Positions 62,421 through 63,790 of a stretch of DNA of 63,790 nucleotides are shown here, piece by piece. The notes under the pieces were generated by a model, which saw only the letters and a program-made list of their open reading frames with translations, was not told the origin of the DNA and made no database searches. The stretch is from Mustelus asterias (Eukaryota). The position numbers and the translations under genes are program-made. Each line of letters opens with the position of its first letter. Positions within the stretch are counted from its first letter, which is position 1. The stretch lies in NCBI RefSeq assembly GCF_964213995.1, contig NW_027590628.1, forward strand, positions 1-63,790. Reading direction: 5' to 3'.

Positions 62421-63790
62421 GTTCCAATATTCAATAAGATCCTGGCTGATCTGTGATCTAACTCTCTGTCTCTTAACCCCTTGGACTAAGGAAAATCTAT
62501 CAACCCCAGATTTAAAATAATAACAAGTGACTGAGCATCAATAGCCATTTGCAGAAGATTGTTTCAAACTAACTCCACACCACATCTGGCAATGTTTCCA
62601 TTTCTACAATTCTAAAATTCTAAACTGAGGCTAACATTCAAATATTCCCAAATCCTGGAGTTCCCAGACAGCAGAAAAACTTGTTCTTTATCAGCCTCTC
62701 CCTTTCCCTCATTATTTTCAATGTTTGATTAAATCAGCCCCCAACTTAAATTCCAGCGGTTAAGAATAACGTTTAATCTGCACTGTTCATCAAATGTTCC
62801 CAACACAAATACTGTAATGGGGTAAATACAGAGTAAAATCCCCTCTGCTCTGTCCAAGGAATGTTTCATCACAGATTTTTATTTGAAGTTTAGGAAAAAC
62901 AGGGATCAAATTGCTCAGCATCCCAGTGTGGCCTCCTGTTTATTTCAATCAGCCCTTCACATTCAAACATGAAGTTGAAGCTTCGAATACTGTCTGTGGC
63001 AGCGTTTGTGGATTCAGTTGTTCTCCTGCTTTTTCACTTGTCTGAAGGATTTGAATTCTCGACATTGTTTAATCATTCCTTTCTCTCAGCACATGGAACT
63101 TGTGAATCTTCAAGGCAGACAATCTCATGTAATTAACAACAAACTGCATCTTTATTCATCCGTCCATTTCCTATCTCTGAATGGATCACACACATTTCCA
63201 GAATGCAGGAAGCTCTCAATGGAAACTGCTTCCAATTATTCCCCAATACAATTGTTCACACTTTACTGTGAACTACATTCCACTGACATTCCCAAAGCAG
63301 CCACAGAAAAGTGACTGGTTATTTTAAACATTGAACCTGAACTATTTGAGCTGATGATTCACTCACATTGTACAGAAATGTTGATCCTGTTTTGATGAGA
63401 GTGATCAGATTAACATTGTAACATGAAGACAGCCTCCGTACTGAGATTAACCACATTTACAACAATTCCGCAATATCAGATCCATTGCTGTGTGTTTTGT
63501 GTGAATCCAGCTGTGAAATATCTGGACATTTGGAGCTTCCACTGTTTCTGTCATTTCATCATTTATTAAAGTACGCTGTTCTGTCCCTTTTAAATCTAAG
63601 TTGTGTCAGTTTACATTTCCCTGCACTGAAACCTCTCCACCAGTTTTGTCCATGTACAAAATATGAATAACTCTTTGCAATGTGATGTTTCCAGCTATGC
63701 TGCTTACAATGCTGACGAATGTTTTGTGTCATCGGCAAACCAGGGTGTGTAGCATTCAGTCACATTAAATGGTCAATAAATATGTCAATA

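Noticed and set aside
62979-63146. 55-codon ORF MKLKLRILSVAAFVDSVVLLLF... resembling a signal peptide
   Set aside because: Short, with no supporting splice structure or recognisable family; compatible with chance.

Overview
Vertebrate genomic DNA, very probably from a shark. This is inferred from HE1-like V-SINEs, CR1 LINEs with (TTCTATG)n tails, and a MEKPWKCGDC-type C2H2 zinc-finger gene. The core (26.8-35.9 kb) is a cluster of antigen-receptor V segments of T-cell receptor alpha/delta type, each ending in a heptamer/~23-bp spacer/nonamer RSS. Two look intact (V2, V3). One has an open frame and a good RSS but has lost BOTH canonical cysteines (V1). One is a decayed V inverted relative to the others and absent from the ORF track (V5). 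One is a 5'-truncated pseudogene joined to a CpG-rich RFX/YY1 promoter-like module (V4). A 9-finger ZNF gene and three CTCF-type motifs lie among them. No convincing D, J or C segment is present. Positions 1-9.1 kb are a GA/GT minisatellite with two assembly gaps. At 10.6-15 kb is a ~916-bp tandem array carrying a 102-nt symmetric exon-like cassette and a 26-bp segment that alternates orientation between subunits. 15-25.7 kb is a patchwork of local duplications. Right of 36 kb are SINEs, LINE fragments, a segmental duplication with two 52-bp satellite arrays, a two-ORF intact CR1 element and possible orphan exons of an unidentified minus-strand gene. Everything was read by eye; no database searches were run.
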